DNA of 64,000 bases from a bacterium (GCA_963643205.1 CAVIJJ010000001.1:134651-198650); one strand, 5' to 3'. Positions 19,955-30,212 are shown, counted from the first letter of the stretch. Program-made: numbers and translations. Notes: a model not told the origin generated them from the sequence alone.

Positions 19955-21874
19955 TCAGTCAATGCTGAGAGCGTATGTTGCTCGTACAACATCGCCGAGA
20001 GTTTCTTTATCTATATAGCATACATACACCGTATTTGCATCCGAACCGGATATTAATGAGGTACTTGTTAAATCCGCAATTGCTTTATTTTCGGCGGATT
20101 CAATATCGTAAACCCAGAGCGTGTAAGGATATTCATCCCAAACCATCTCTGCACTCGATTCTTCGCTTTCATCGCCGCCGCTTGCCCTGTTTTCAAAGTA
20201 ATATATCTTACTGGTATCTGAGGACCAGATAAAACTGAAAACGCTGAAATTTTCTGTTATCTCGTGTATTTCCCCGGACTGAATGTCTATATAAGCGAAC
20301 AAAGGCTCCTTTGTTCCGGTTGCGTCTTCACCGGAAACAGTATATGCCATATAACGTGAGTCCGGACTTATACGAAAATTGTCGCCCGTTATAAACTCGC
20401 GGCGTGATCCGCCCTCCGGTTTTATTCGGTATATCGTGCCGCCGTTTTCCATATCGGTTTCAACAAAGTAAACCTCGCCATCAGCAAAGCCAATGATGCT
20501 TTCATCGCAACCATTTTTATCCACATCACTATGGCGCTTTGTCTCATCGGGCACATTAAAATCATACTGATGTATGCCTATATCGCTCGATCCTCCTATT
20601 GAGAACAGCCTTCCGCCAAGGCTGTCCCAGCAGTATGCGCTTATGGTGTTTCCAAAGCCAACGGCGGAAAGATCCGTTATAAGATCACGAGAATCAACAT
20701 CAAAAATATATAAATGCGAGCTCTCCCCTGCCATTTCAAGCACCGCCAGGCGACGTCCGTCGGGTGAATATGACGCGGAAACTATTTGCTCAAATTGATA
20801 TTCCGTGAATGTTCTGCTTTTGCCGGAAAAATCATGTATCCATAGCTGCTCATACTCAAGCGTATCTCCGCTGTCGGTATATTCACTTATATGCTTTGAA
20901 TAGATGCAGGCATTTCTGTCGGGAGTGACTGAAAGCGCAATACCATCGGGTATTATAACGACACTTTCAGCTTCATTGTCACTTATTCTGCAAGGCTGCA
21001 CATCATATGCCGCAAGATATTCCATTTCGTTGTTGTATTCCGGCAGTTCACCGTTTTTGAGCTTAACTACACTCCATTGTGCACTTACGGCACCATCGCA
21101 TGAAGAGAGCAAACTGCTCATTAAGGCCTCAGCTTCAGATTTTGAACTTTGACCGTGAGAAATCAGCAATATTGTTTTAAGGTTGTTTGACAATGTAGGT
21201 GTCATTTCATCGCCGCAATTGAGCGTGCCGTTTCGATACATATCAAATGCGTTGGCAACAACATAATATGCTTCACCAAAAGCGGCTTTATCGGCAGAGC
21301 TGACATCTATGGCCGTGTCATCTGCCGCTGATGTTTCTTCCGGGATTTCATCGTTTGCTACAGGGCGAAGAGAAATCGTTAAAGTGCCTTCGGATTCTTC
21401 GGCAGAGTATAAAGCCCTATTGTTTAATTGAAAATACAGTGTATATGATTCATCCGTTCCGGAAAGGCTGAAATAGCCGTCTACAAGGCCATGCCGTACA
21501 TCCGGTTCATTCAAGATATAATCCGTATGCTCCAGTTTCCCAACTCTTATTGCTAAACGGTATGGCTCATCAAGCAGCTGAATACCGTAATCAGGTAGAG
21601 TCCTCAACTGTATTTCGGTATCTCCAGAGGTAAGATTACTGCCGATGCAAAAATCAAGCGAAATAACCGTGTCCGAATTGAGCTCGGTTACAGAGAGCGA
21701 GCGCAGGTTACCGTCGTTTAACTCTGCCCCGCCGCTTATCAAATCAGATGTGAATCCTTCGTATGAAAGTTCTGAAATTATCGGTGTATCGGTTGAATCA
21801 GAATTGCTGTCGCAAGCGCTGAAGATAACCAGTATAACCAACGCCAGAGCAATGACCGTAAAGTTTAATCGCAT
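19955..21874 (-). CDS. Hypothetical lipoprotein with a C-terminal TolB-like beta-propeller region
   Basis: Signal peptide with lipobox (VIFSAC-DSNS). PD40-like repeat signatures (YSPDGRRLAV, ISPDSRYMAY). 639 aa. Confidence 0.7.
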   Translation of the reverse strand: MRLNFTVIALALVILVIFSACDSNSDSTDTPIISELSYEGFTSDLISGGAELNDGNLRSLSVTELNSDTVISLDFCIGSNLTSGDTEIQLRTLPDYGIQLLDEPYRLAIRVGKLEHTDYILNEPDVRHGLVDGYFSLSGTDESYTLYFQLNNRALYSAEESEGTLTISLRPVANDEIPEETSAADDTAIDVSSADKAAFGEAYYVVANAFDMYRNGTLNCGDEMTPTLSNNLKTILLISHGQSSKSEAEALMSSLLSSCDGAVSAQWSVVKLKNGELPEYNNEMEYLAAYDVQPCRISDNEAESVVIIPDGIALSVTPDRNACIYSKHISEYTDSGDTLEYEQLWIHDFSGKSRTFTEYQFEQIVSASYSPDGRRLAVLEMAGESSHLYIFDVDSRDLITDLSAVGFGNTISAYCWDSLGGRLFSIGGSSDIGIHQYDFNVPDETKRHSDVDKNGCDESIIGFADGEVYFVETDMENGGTIYRIKPEGGSRREFITGDNFRISPDSRYMAYTVSGEDATGTKEPLFAYIDIQSGEIHEITENFSVFSFIWSSDTSKIYYFENRASGGDESEESSAEMVWDEYPYTLWVYDIESAENKAIADLTSTSLISGSDANTVYVCYIDKETLGDVVRATYALSID

Positions 21875-21982
21875 TCACCTTATCTCCTTAATATATTGCT
21901 GTTATTATACCCTAAAGCGTATTAAAAAGGAATAAAAGTCCAATTTTAATACAATGTTTGCAAATGCAACGCTGAAAAGACT

Positions 21983-22010
21983 TTGCATAAGGGCATAAAT
22001 TTGCTATAAT
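21983..22010 (+). promoter_or_regulatory. Promoter of the zinc-ribbon membrane protein gene (TTGCAT -16 nt- TATAAT)
   Basis: -35 at 21983-21988 and -10 at 22005-22010. GGAGGA RBS at 22038-22043. Confidence 0.6.
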
Positions 22011-22050
22011 AACCCTAATTGACGATATCCCTATTCAGGAGGATTTATCT

Positions 22051-24054
22051 ATGAAATGTAAAGTATGCGGAGCGTACAACGAGGATTACCTTGAGTATTG
22101 CGAAAAGTGCGCTGCTCCGCTGACTGCTGATGAGGAGCCCGAACAGGTTGAAGAAACTCAGCAGCCGGAAAACAATCAAAATAAAGGGCAGGATTATCAG
22201 TCCTATGTAGCCTCAACCGGTGAAACCCCGCCGGCCTGGGGGTTTGTTAAGGCACCCAATTGGCCAAAGCCGGACTTTGACGCAAATACCGTGACCGAAG
22301 ATGACATACCGCAGGGCTACGGAGCACGATTCAATCCCCGTCCCGCCGGCTCAACAGCGCCTAAAATGACAGCGTTAAATGACGACGAAAATTTCACGAA
22401 CAATGTTCGTGTGCATAAAGCGGAAAAGCCGCAGGCAACCCGCACTGCCGTGCAGCCCAGCCGTAAGCACGAGCAAGAAGCCCCCGCGCAGGCCGCGAAA
22501 TCCACCGTTGAATATACCGACAACGATATAGACGGCGTTGTATCACCTGTGCGCAGCACAAAGACGAGACAGACTGTCAATAAGGTTACAAAGACGCCTT
22601 TAAAAAATATCGAGGAAGATATAGATATTGACGATGATGATTATGGTTACGACGAGGATGAATATGACGATGACGATCGTCATTCCCGCCGTGGCAATGG
22701 AAAGAATTCGAGCGGCGGCTTGAAGAAAAACATATTGTTTATAGCTGCTGCGGCTGCACTGGTTATACTTATAGCCATATTGGGCGTTGTTTATGTAAAC
22801 AAGGTTCACGGCGGGGACTTCTCAAAGTTCATTAGCTGTACCTTCGGCGGTGATCCTATAACACGTACACCCACTATAGAGGCTTGGGAAACCGATGACG
22901 GAGATCCCGCGTACCTTATAACCATCTACGCAAAGCGTAATTATACTGTACGTTACAGCAACGGCGACATTCAGCTTGAGCGTACCATAGAAAAGAATCA
23001 GCGCTATATACCGTTTGTGGTGCCGCAGTCCATATTGGTTCCCGATGAGCCGCTTGATGTTGCGCAATACAGTGTTAAACCCGATTTCTTTACGGTAATC
23101 AGCTCATCCGGAGAGGAAACCAAGGTTGAAATCGATGAGGTTATAACAATTGATATCCCAGCAATCGAGCTTAATGTTTCTCAGCCGAGCGTAACGGATT
23201 TCAGCGTTGATTCCCCCGTTGTTCCAATCGCGGGTTCTGTGAGCGATAATACGGTAGGCGTGTTTATTAACGATGAACAGATTGCCATTGACGAAGCAGG
23301 CAACTTCTCAACGACCTATACGCTGCCCGGCGAAGGTGTGACCGCCATAACCATTGAGGCTCGTAAGAACGGTTATCAAACCGCGTCGGCCGTTTTCAAT
23401 GCCACATACAGCTCCGGCGGCACTGCAACAACCGATCCGACGGGTCAAACCTCCACTTCCACGGATACACAGACTCAAACTCAGGCAAGCAATGTTGAGT
23501 TCTCAGTGAATTCTGATGTTACACGCGCTGCCGCAACATCCACAATGACTGTTAGTGGCACCATGGAAGCCGGAGCCACTATAAGCGTAAGCGGTGTTGA
23601 ACTTGATGGATCCGTAACTCAGGATTCAAACGCCGGCACATTCAGTTTTACTGTAAAGACTGCGAATGTAGGCATCTATGAAGCGGTGATAACAGCCACC
23701 AAGGGTGACGCGGCAAAGACCTCAACGCTTTATCTTGAGCATCAGCCCGATAAAACCTCTTATATGGAGAGCGTCTATAAGATGGACTATGATAAGATAA
23801 AGAACTATCCGAATCACGAGCAGGGCTATAAGATAGTCGGCAAGGTAACCGAAGTTATCCAGGCTACACCTTATGTAAAGGCCAGGATACAGACCAGCGA
23901 TGGCGATATGATATTCTATTATTACAGCGGTGTTGCTACCATTGAAGCCGGTGACGGCAAAACCTACGAGCTTTACGGTGATCCGTACGGTACGGATTCC
24001 TCCACGGGACTGCCTCAGCTGCATGCCTGGTTCATACTTAAGCGTTCAAATTAA
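22051..24054 (+). CDS. Hypothetical single-pass membrane protein: N-terminal zinc ribbon, acidic cytoplasmic linker, extracellular Ig-like/Thr-rich region
   Basis: CKVCGAYN...CEKC zinc ribbon, a D/E/Y-rich tract, one TM helix (ILFIAAAAALVILIAILGVVYV) and a T/Q/S-rich linker. 667 aa. Confidence 0.7.
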   Translation: MKCKVCGAYNEDYLEYCEKCAAPLTADEEPEQVEETQQPENNQNKGQDYQSYVASTGETPPAWGFVKAPNWPKPDFDANTVTEDDIPQGYGARFNPRPAGSTAPKMTALNDDENFTNNVRVHKAEKPQATRTAVQPSRKHEQEAPAQAAKSTVEYTDNDIDGVVSPVRSTKTRQTVNKVTKTPLKNIEEDIDIDDDDYGYDEDEYDDDDRHSRRGNGKNSSGGLKKNILFIAAAAALVILIAILGVVYVNKVHGGDFSKFISCTFGGDPITRTPTIEAWETDDGDPAYLITIYAKRNYTVRYSNGDIQLERTIEKNQRYIPFVVPQSILVPDEPLDVAQYSVKPDFFTVISSSGEETKVEIDEVITIDIPAIELNVSQPSVTDFSVDSPVVPIAGSVSDNTVGVFINDEQIAIDEAGNFSTTYTLPGEGVTAITIEARKNGYQTASAVFNATYSSGGTATTDPTGQTSTSTDTQTQTQASNVEFSVNSDVTRAAATSTMTVSGTMEAGATISVSGVELDGSVTQDSNAGTFSFTVKTANVGIYEAVITATKGDAAKTSTLYLEHQPDKTSYMESVYKMDYDKIKNYPNHEQGYKIVGKVTEVIQATPYVKARIQTSDGDMIFYYYSGVATIEAGDGKTYELYGDPYGTDSSTGLPQLHAWFILKRSN

Positions 24055-24066
24055 CAGTTAACTAAT

Positions 24067-24095
24067 GGGCGGTGTAAAAACCGCCCTGTATTTTT
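24067..24095 (+). terminator. Rho-independent terminator
   Basis: GGGCGGT-GTAAAA-ACCGCCC followed by a T-rich tract. Confidence 0.7.
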
Positions 24096-24106
24096 ATATA
24101 AAATTT

Positions 24107-24129
24107 AAGGAGCGGACAAACCGCTCCTT
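24107..24129 (-). terminator. Hairpin downstream of the DivIVA-like gene (possible bidirectional terminator)
   Basis: 9-bp perfect stem AAGGAGCGG/CCGCTCCTT. The T-run is good on the plus strand but weak on the minus strand. Confidence 0.4.
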
Positions 24130-24151
24130 TTAATGTGCTTTATATATTTTT

Positions 24152-25003
24152 TTATGAATCTTGAAGTACGTCGTCGATTATAGCATTAAGCGCATCGTTT
24201 ATTCTGTCCTCACCTTCACGAGCCTCAATCTCTTCTGAAGTTTCCGCACTTCTCATGCCCATTATCTCATTAACCGTCATCATAGGCTGTTCTTCTTCTG
24301 AATCGGATACTTCTTCTTTGAGCATGGCAGTGGGACCGCGATCCTCATAATTTTCGGTTACATTCTCTGCGGGGTCATCTTCTTCAGGTTCCTCATCAGA
24401 AGTGGGAACCGTCGGACGATTCTCTATTTTATAGATGCTCTTCATCAGCTCGGACGGATTGTTGTAGGATTCCGGAAGTTCCTTTGCATCCACGCTGAGG
24501 TTCCCGGCGTTTACATACTCCTCTGCCATCTCTATTTCATTATCCAAATTAGTGTCCTTTATGCAGGAACGGAAATATTCAGCCTGCGCTGCCGCTGTTT
24601 CTGCGGCTCGCTGCAATGCTTTATTAAGCTGCTTAGCGCTTTCTATATAGTTTTGCATAAAGGCCTCTGCGCGAAGCGCGCTTTGGCGTGAGTCTTCCTC
24701 GGCTTGAAGTTTTATCTTATCAGCCTCATCCTGCGCCGCTGCAATTATGCTTTCGGCTTCGGCATGTGCGGCCGCTTTATCCTCGTTAGCCTTTTCAATA
24801 ATGCGATTTCCTTCGGCTTGTGCTTCCCTAAGAACCTTGCCGGCATCGCTTTGCGCGCGGGTAAGGGCGTTGGCTATAGCGCTTTCTTTTGATTTATATT
24901 CCTCGATAGATTGCTCCAATCGTGCGTTAAGCGCTTCCTGCTCGCTAAGCTTCGATTTCAGTTCCTCAATTGTTGCCTCAAGTTCCTTTTTCTTGCCAAA
25001 CAT
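24152..25003 (-). CDS. DivIVA-like coiled-coil protein with an acidic C-terminal tail
   Basis: Heptad-rich N-terminal 150 aa. The block SAIANALTRAQSDAGKVLREAQAEGNRIIEKA resembles the DivIVA central domain. GGGAGGA RBS. No N-terminal DivIVA lipid-binding segment is visible. Confidence 0.6.
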   Translation of the reverse strand: MFGKKKELEATIEELKSKLSEQEALNARLEQSIEEYKSKESAIANALTRAQSDAGKVLREAQAEGNRIIEKANEDKAAAHAEAESIIAAAQDEADKIKLQAEEDSRQSALRAEAFMQNYIESAKQLNKALQRAAETAAAQAEYFRSCIKDTNLDNEIEMAEEYVNAGNLSVDAKELPESYNNPSELMKSIYKIENRPTVPTSDEEPEEDDPAENVTENYEDRGPTAMLKEEVSDSEEEQPMMTVNEIMGMRSAETSEEIEAREGEDRINDALNAIIDDVLQDS

Positions 25004-25036
25004 AATTTATATCCTCCCTCGTATATAATAATTCGT

Positions 25037-26080
25037 TTATTTGATATCCATGCGTTCTTGCCTAGGGTCAATGCTGTCCTTGGGCAGATCATACCCCATG
25101 TGCAAATATGCCGCAGGCATCGGGATTCTTCCGCGTGGTGTTCGCGCTATAAAGCCAAGTTGCAATAGATACGGTTCATACACATCTTCTATTGTGGAAG
25201 CGTCATCACCGGTTGCGGCCGCTATTGTATCAAGTCCCACGGCACGGCCTCCAAACTTTACAATCATGGTTTCAAGTATGCGCCTATCTACCGTATCAAG
25301 GCCAAGCTCATCTATTGAAAGCATATCAAGCCCGGCTCGCGCTGTGGCAAGGTCTATTTTACCTTCTCCGCGCACTTCGGCATAGTCCCTTACACGCCTG
25401 AGCAATCGGTTAACAATTCTCGGCGTTCCGCGTGAGCGTGAAGCTATTTCAATCGCGCCATCCCTATCTATCGGTATATCCAATATGCCGGCACTTCTTA
25501 CTATTATTTCAAGCAAATCTTCCGGCGCGTATGGCTGAAGCTGTTCTTTTATGCCAAACCTGTCCCTTAGAGGAGCTGTGAGCAAGCCCATGCGCGTGGT
25601 CGCACCAATCAAAGTAAAATGAGGAAGATCAAGGCGAATTGAGTGCGCGCTCGGTCCTTTGCCGATTATAATGTCGAGCGCGTAATCCTCCATAGCCGGA
25701 TACAGTACTTCTTCAACCGTTGCGTTGAGCCGATGAATTTCATCTATAAAAAGCACGTCTCCCGGTGCTATATTGGTAAGAATCGCGGCCAATTCACCCT
25801 TGTGCGATATAGCGGGACCGCTGGTAATATGAAGCGTACCGCCCATCTCGTTAGCTATTATTGAGGCAAGAGTGGTTTTGCCAAGACCCGGAGGCCCATA
25901 GAACAGCGCATGGTCGAGCGGCTCACCGCGCCGTTTAGCCGCCTCTATATATATTTCAACATGCTCCTTTACAGCCTTTTGACCGATATATTCCTTCAGG
26001 TATTTGGGCCTTAGGCTAAATTCGTTCACTTCATCTTCCGCAAGCATTGAAGAGGAAATAAGCCTGTCGTCATTTGCCAC
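25037..26080 (-). CDS. ruvB: Holliday junction branch migration helicase RuvB
   Basis: AAA+ motifs [11 protein letters not shown] and DEIHRL, with a winged-helix C-terminus. Confidence 0.96.
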   Translation of the reverse strand: MANDDRLISSSMLAEDEVNEFSLRPKYLKEYIGQKAVKEHVEIYIEAAKRRGEPLDHALFYGPPGLGKTTLASIIANEMGGTLHITSGPAISHKGELAAILTNIAPGDVLFIDEIHRLNATVEEVLYPAMEDYALDIIIGKGPSAHSIRLDLPHFTLIGATTRMGLLTAPLRDRFGIKEQLQPYAPEDLLEIIVRSAGILDIPIDRDGAIEIASRSRGTPRIVNRLLRRVRDYAEVRGEGKIDLATARAGLDMLSIDELGLDTVDRRILETMIVKFGGRAVGLDTIAAATGDDASTIEDVYEPYLLQLGFIARTPRGRIPMPAAYLHMGYDLPKDSIDPRQERMDIK

Positions 26081-26086
26081 TTTGAT

Positions 26087-26695
26087 TTACCTTTTGCCCT
26101 TTCCGGCTAGCCATTTAAGTGCGCCTGTTATCATATCCTCCACCCTGTCGCAGTCATTAACCTCTGCAACAGCCCTGCCGGCGGTTACGCCGTCATACCC
26201 AAGCGACACCAGTGCCGCAATCGCTTCACTACGTATGCCCATACTGCCATTGCTCTTTTCACTTGCCGCTTCGGTTTGAACAGCATCATCTGCGGTAACC
26301 TTTTCTTTTAATTCAAGCAAAACACGAGCGGCTGTCTTTTTACCCATGCCGGGTATTTTATCAAATGCGGCCGTATTTTCGGTTAATATAGCGAGCGTTA
26401 TATCCTGCACGCTCAGCGCCCCCAAAATGCTTAAAGCCAGTTTGGGACCGACGCGCGTAACACCTATAAGCCTTCGAAACATTGCGCGTTCTTCTTTTGT
26501 TTCAAAGCCGTAGAGTGCCATAACATCCTGAGAAAGAGACAGATGAAAATGCGTGTAAAGTCTATGAGTTTCCCCTTGCTTTAGGCATTTTAAGGTTTGA
26601 GACGAGCAGAACAGTTCATAGCCCACGCCGCCGGCTTCAATTACGGCACGATCCTGCGTTACTTCATCAACCGTTCCAGAAATATATGCATACAT
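26087..26695 (-). CDS. ruvA: Holliday junction DNA-binding protein RuvA
   Basis: OB-fold N-terminus (MYAYISGTV...GGVGYE) and HhH motifs (IPGMGKKTAARVLLELK). Confidence 0.93.
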   Translation of the reverse strand: MYAYISGTVDEVTQDRAVIEAGGVGYELFCSSQTLKCLKQGETHRLYTHFHLSLSQDVMALYGFETKEERAMFRRLIGVTRVGPKLALSILGALSVQDITLAILTENTAAFDKIPGMGKKTAARVLLELKEKVTADDAVQTEAASEKSNGSMGIRSEAIAALVSLGYDGVTAGRAVAEVNDCDRVEDMITGALKWLAGKGKR

Positions 26696-26720
26696 ATCTG
26701 ATTACTCCATTTTTTTGAAA

Positions 26721-27218
26721 CTACTTTATGCGGAAGCTTTCCGCTGCAGGACCTGAAGTATTAGCGTGACATAGGGCCGCCGCCAATGCATCGGCCGCAT
26801 CGTCCGGCTTTGGAATACTGTTTAACGAAAGCAAAAGCTTTATCATCTGCTGAACCTGTTTTTTGTCCGCATGGCCATTGCCGGACACCGCAGACTTTAT
26901 CTGCATTGGGGTATACTCATAAAGCGGCAATCCGGCCTGCTGCGCAGAGAGCAGTGCTACACCGCGAGCCGCTGCTACCTGCAGCGCCGTAGTTGTATTT
27001 CTTGCGAAGAACAATTCCTCAAAGGCTACGTGGTCCGGCTTATAAAGCTTTATAAGCTCATTCATGCCTATATACAGCCGCTCAAGCCTCTGCGGGAAAG
27101 GCGTATGCGCCTCGGTTTCTATTACGCCGTAGTCTATAGCCTTTGATTTGACCCCTTCCGTGCTTATCACACCGTAGCCGAGTATGGCGTAGCCGGGATC
27201 TATACCCAAGATAATCAA
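26721..27218 (-). CDS. ruvC: Crossover junction endodeoxyribonuclease RuvC
   Basis: MIILGIDPGYAILGYGVI start, an RNase H-fold with catalytic acidic residues, and DAADALAAALCH at the C-terminus. Confidence 0.93.
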   Translation of the reverse strand: MIILGIDPGYAILGYGVISTEGVKSKAIDYGVIETEAHTPFPQRLERLYIGMNELIKLYKPDHVAFEELFFARNTTTALQVAAARGVALLSAQQAGLPLYEYTPMQIKSAVSGNGHADKKQVQQMIKLLLSLNSIPKPDDAADALAAALCHANTSGPAAESFRIK

Positions 27219-27248
27219 TGCTTATCTCCCGTGTACTTATAATAGTTA

Positions 27249-27277
27249 ATTTTAACATGCGGACTTTATATTGACAA
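27249..27277 (-). promoter_or_regulatory. ruvCAB promoter (TTGTCA -17 nt- TAAAAT)
   Basis: Minus strand: -35 at 27277-27272, a 17-nt spacer, and -10 at 27254-27249. Confidence 0.55.
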
Positions 27278-27281
27278 TATT

Positions 27282-27311
27282 AAAAAAGAGGGTATTGTCT
27301 CATACCCTCTT
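27282..27311 (-). terminator. Rho-independent terminator of htrA
   Basis: Minus strand reads AAGAGGGTAT-GAGACA-ATACCCTCTT followed by TTTTTAA. Confidence 0.75.
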
Positions 27312-27324
27312 GCGTGTTTAATTC

Positions 27325-28698
27325 TTATTCACCAAAGAAATTATAGTCAGCCTCACCGCCATAGTTTTCTTCACCAAGGCTGTTCAAATCGGCAAGTACA
27401 AGCGTTGTTGTATAGTATTCACCACTGCGCCAATACTTTATTTCTACGCTGTCGCCTACAAGTTTACCTCTTATCAGTGAGACAAACTCATCCTGAGTCA
27501 TGCCGCTGTGCCCATCTATCTCAATTATTATATCATTGGGCAGTAATCCGGCCTTATGCCCGGGGCCATCCTTTATTACGGATGCTACCAATATTCCTTC
27601 AGGGGTTCCGTATACTTCGGCATACATTTCGTTCCATGTGGCTACGCTTATGCCGATGCCTGGTCTGGCTACGCTACCATCAACAATCAGCTGCTCAACC
27701 ACCTTTAATGCCTGATTTATGGGTATGGCAAAGCCCAGACCTTCCGCGCTTATGGCGTTGCCGTATTCATCATAGCTTGCGGTAGTGGTTTTTGCGGTTA
27801 CAATTCCTATTACCTCACCGGACATGTTTATAAGCGGGCCGCCGCTGTTGCCGGGGTTTACGGCTGCGTCAGTTTGCAGATAATCGTTTGTAACGCCGTC
27901 TATATTAACGCTTCTAGCAGTCGCGCTGATAATGCCATATGTGGTCGTCCCGGAAAGCTCACGACCGGTTGGATCACCTATGGTTATAACAAACTCACCG
28001 ACACGTACCGCCTCAGAGTCCCCCAGTTTCAAAGCCTTAAGCCCTGTTTTATCAACTTTAAGCACAGCTATGTCAAATGTTTTATCGTATCCGACGAGGT
28101 CAGCCTCAACCTCCTCCCCATCTACGAACATCACGCCAAGCTTTGTCGCGCCTTCGACCACATGCGCATTAGTAAGAATGTAGCCTTCCGAAGAAATTAC
28201 AAAACCGGAACCCGAGCCGGCTTCAAGCTCACGACTGTATTTTTCGCTGTAAGCATAGTTTACTATACCAACTACGCCTTCGCTGACATTCTCTATAACA
28301 TCTGATAGCGGACTTGAAGAGCCGCTTATTTCCGGAGCGACTCCGTCAAACTCCGGCAGCGTTCCCGTAGGCGGAATAGGTGTTACCTCCGGAACCACGC
28401 TCGACGAAGCGGGTTTTTCGGTAGCGCCGGCTTCAGGCGCAGGCGTTGCGCTTGGAAGCTGGGGCAAGTTCTCCTTAACGGAGGGAGTTGGAGTAGCCTG
28501 TACGGTATTGTCGGCTTCTTCTATACTCGTCTTATAAGATGCCAATACCGCCGGCATAAAAATCGTGGCAAGTAGTGCGCCCACAATTGTAAAAATTATG
28601 GCCGTAATAATGTAGCCGCCAATGCCACGTTTGGGCGGTTTTTGCTCCGGTTGAGGAGCGTTGTTGTATCCGTCAAAATAATAGTTGGGATACTCCAT
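27325..28698 (-). CDS. htrA: Membrane-anchored HtrA/DegP-family serine protease with C-terminal PDZ domain
   Basis: N-terminal TM helix and the trypsin-like catalytic triad context (TNAHVV, DIAVLK, GNSGGPL), then a PDZ domain. Confidence 0.9.
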   Translation of the reverse strand: MEYPNYYFDGYNNAPQPEQKPPKRGIGGYIITAIIFTIVGALLATIFMPAVLASYKTSIEEADNTVQATPTPSVKENLPQLPSATPAPEAGATEKPASSSVVPEVTPIPPTGTLPEFDGVAPEISGSSSPLSDVIENVSEGVVGIVNYAYSEKYSRELEAGSGSGFVISSEGYILTNAHVVEGATKLGVMFVDGEEVEADLVGYDKTFDIAVLKVDKTGLKALKLGDSEAVRVGEFVITIGDPTGRELSGTTTYGIISATARSVNIDGVTNDYLQTDAAVNPGNSGGPLINMSGEVIGIVTAKTTTASYDEYGNAISAEGLGFAIPINQALKVVEQLIVDGSVARPGIGISVATWNEMYAEVYGTPEGILVASVIKDGPGHKAGLLPNDIIIEIDGHSGMTQDEFVSLIRGKLVGDSVEIKYWRSGEYYTTTLVLADLNSLGEENYGGEADYNFFGE

Positions 28699-28704
28699 TT
28701 TCTT

Positions 28705-30189
28705 TTACCTCCGTTGTAGGGAATTTGTTTTCTGCTTTCCCTGTTGTTCATATAACTTAAGCGTAAACGTAAACGTTGCGCCCTTGCCCTGTTCTGATTC
28801 GACATTTATGGTTTGGCCATGCTGTTCTATTATTCGTTTCACTATGCTTAATCCAAGTCCCGATGATGAACCTGAAGGCGTATGAGCCTTTTCTGCCTTG
28901 TAGAAACGATCAAATACGTATGGCAAATCATCGGTGGATATTCCTTCACCGTTGTCTATAACGCTCATAACCGCAAGCTTTTTATCGGTTGCTATGCGAA
29001 GAGTAAGTTTGCCGCCATCCGGAGAAAACTTAATCGCGTTATCGACAAGATTGCGTATTACCTGCGCTATCTGGGACTGATCAGCCTCAACCATTGTCCT
29101 GTCCGCTGCAAAGTTCATATTTACATCTATGTGCTTAGCATTGATGCGGGCCTCAAATGTAAGCACGGTACGAATAACAAGTTCATTTAAGTCAAAAGGC
29201 TCCAGCTTGAGCTCGTATTGTCCCGATTCTATTCTGGCAAGATCCAGCAAATCGTTAACCATACCCGTCATGCGTTTACATTCGTTAATGACAATATCCA
29301 GATATTTAGGCTGATCCTCGCTTGAAATTGTGCCATCCTGCATTGCCTCGAGAAATCCCCTCATGCTGGTAAGCGGGGAGCGCAGCTCATGAGACACGTT
29401 CGCAACAAAGCTTCGTCTTGATTGCTCAAGAGTATTGATTTCATTCGCCATTTCATTGAAGCTTTGGCCAAGCTGACCAACCTCGTCATGACTCGTTATA
29501 GCTACTCTGGCCTCATATTCTCCTTTGGAGAAGCGAGTTATGGCATTATTCATGTCAACTATAGGCTTTGTCATGCGGCCGGTAATATATGTTACGGCAA
29601 GAACGGCAAGCATAACAGCTATGCAGGCAGCAAGCAAAACATCCAAATATACCTGGCGTATAGAGGTATTGTAGCGGCTCATATCGGTATGGAAAAACAT
29701 CGCTCCTATAACTTCACCGTCAGTAGTGATTATTTGCCTTTTAAGAGTCATTATCGGAATGTTTCCCGATGATGAGCCGTCGGTGGTAATTTGTATTTCC
29801 CCGTTTCCGGAGATTATTTCGTCTGCCTCCTTACTTAAGTTGATATCCGACAGAGCATTCCATTTCTCCTCACTCAGCTCATCGCGCAATATTACTTTGC
29901 CGTATGCAGAATCTATAAAATACAGCTGTAGCATGGCATCGTATTTGCGCATAATCGTTCTTAACGTATCTTTGGCAACAGATCTCTTTTCGGCTTCTAT
30001 GTACTGCGTAACTATTATGCGGTTTATTTCGGAAGCCTCACGGCGAAGCTCGTTCTCGTTTTCCGTTGTATACTGGCTTTTGAACATGGCGCTGATTGTT
30101 ATGCCCAAAAGAAACACTATCAGCAATATTATTGCAAGATACGTGCTAAGCATACGTGAGAATAGCGTATTAAACAGCCCTTTGCTCAT
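28705..30189 (-). CDS. Sensor histidine kinase (two TM helices, extracytoplasmic loop, HAMP, HisKA, HATPase_c)
   Basis: H-box SHELRSPLTSM, N-box DNAIKF, and G-boxes DNGEGI / GLGLSIV. Confidence 0.9.
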   Translation of the reverse strand: MSKGLFNTLFSRMLSTYLAIILLIVFLLGITISAMFKSQYTTENENELRREASEINRIIVTQYIEAEKRSVAKDTLRTIMRKYDAMLQLYFIDSAYGKVILRDELSEEKWNALSDINLSKEADEIISGNGEIQITTDGSSSGNIPIMTLKRQIITTDGEVIGAMFFHTDMSRYNTSIRQVYLDVLLAACIAVMLAVLAVTYITGRMTKPIVDMNNAITRFSKGEYEARVAITSHDEVGQLGQSFNEMANEINTLEQSRRSFVANVSHELRSPLTSMRGFLEAMQDGTISSEDQPKYLDIVINECKRMTGMVNDLLDLARIESGQYELKLEPFDLNELVIRTVLTFEARINAKHIDVNMNFAADRTMVEADQSQIAQVIRNLVDNAIKFSPDGGKLTLRIATDKKLAVMSVIDNGEGISTDDLPYVFDRFYKAEKAHTPSGSSSGLGLSIVKRIIEQHGQTINVESEQGKGATFTFTLKLYEQQGKQKTNSLQRR

Positions 30190-30212
30190 TAAGCCTCCAA
30201 TGCTAAGAACTT

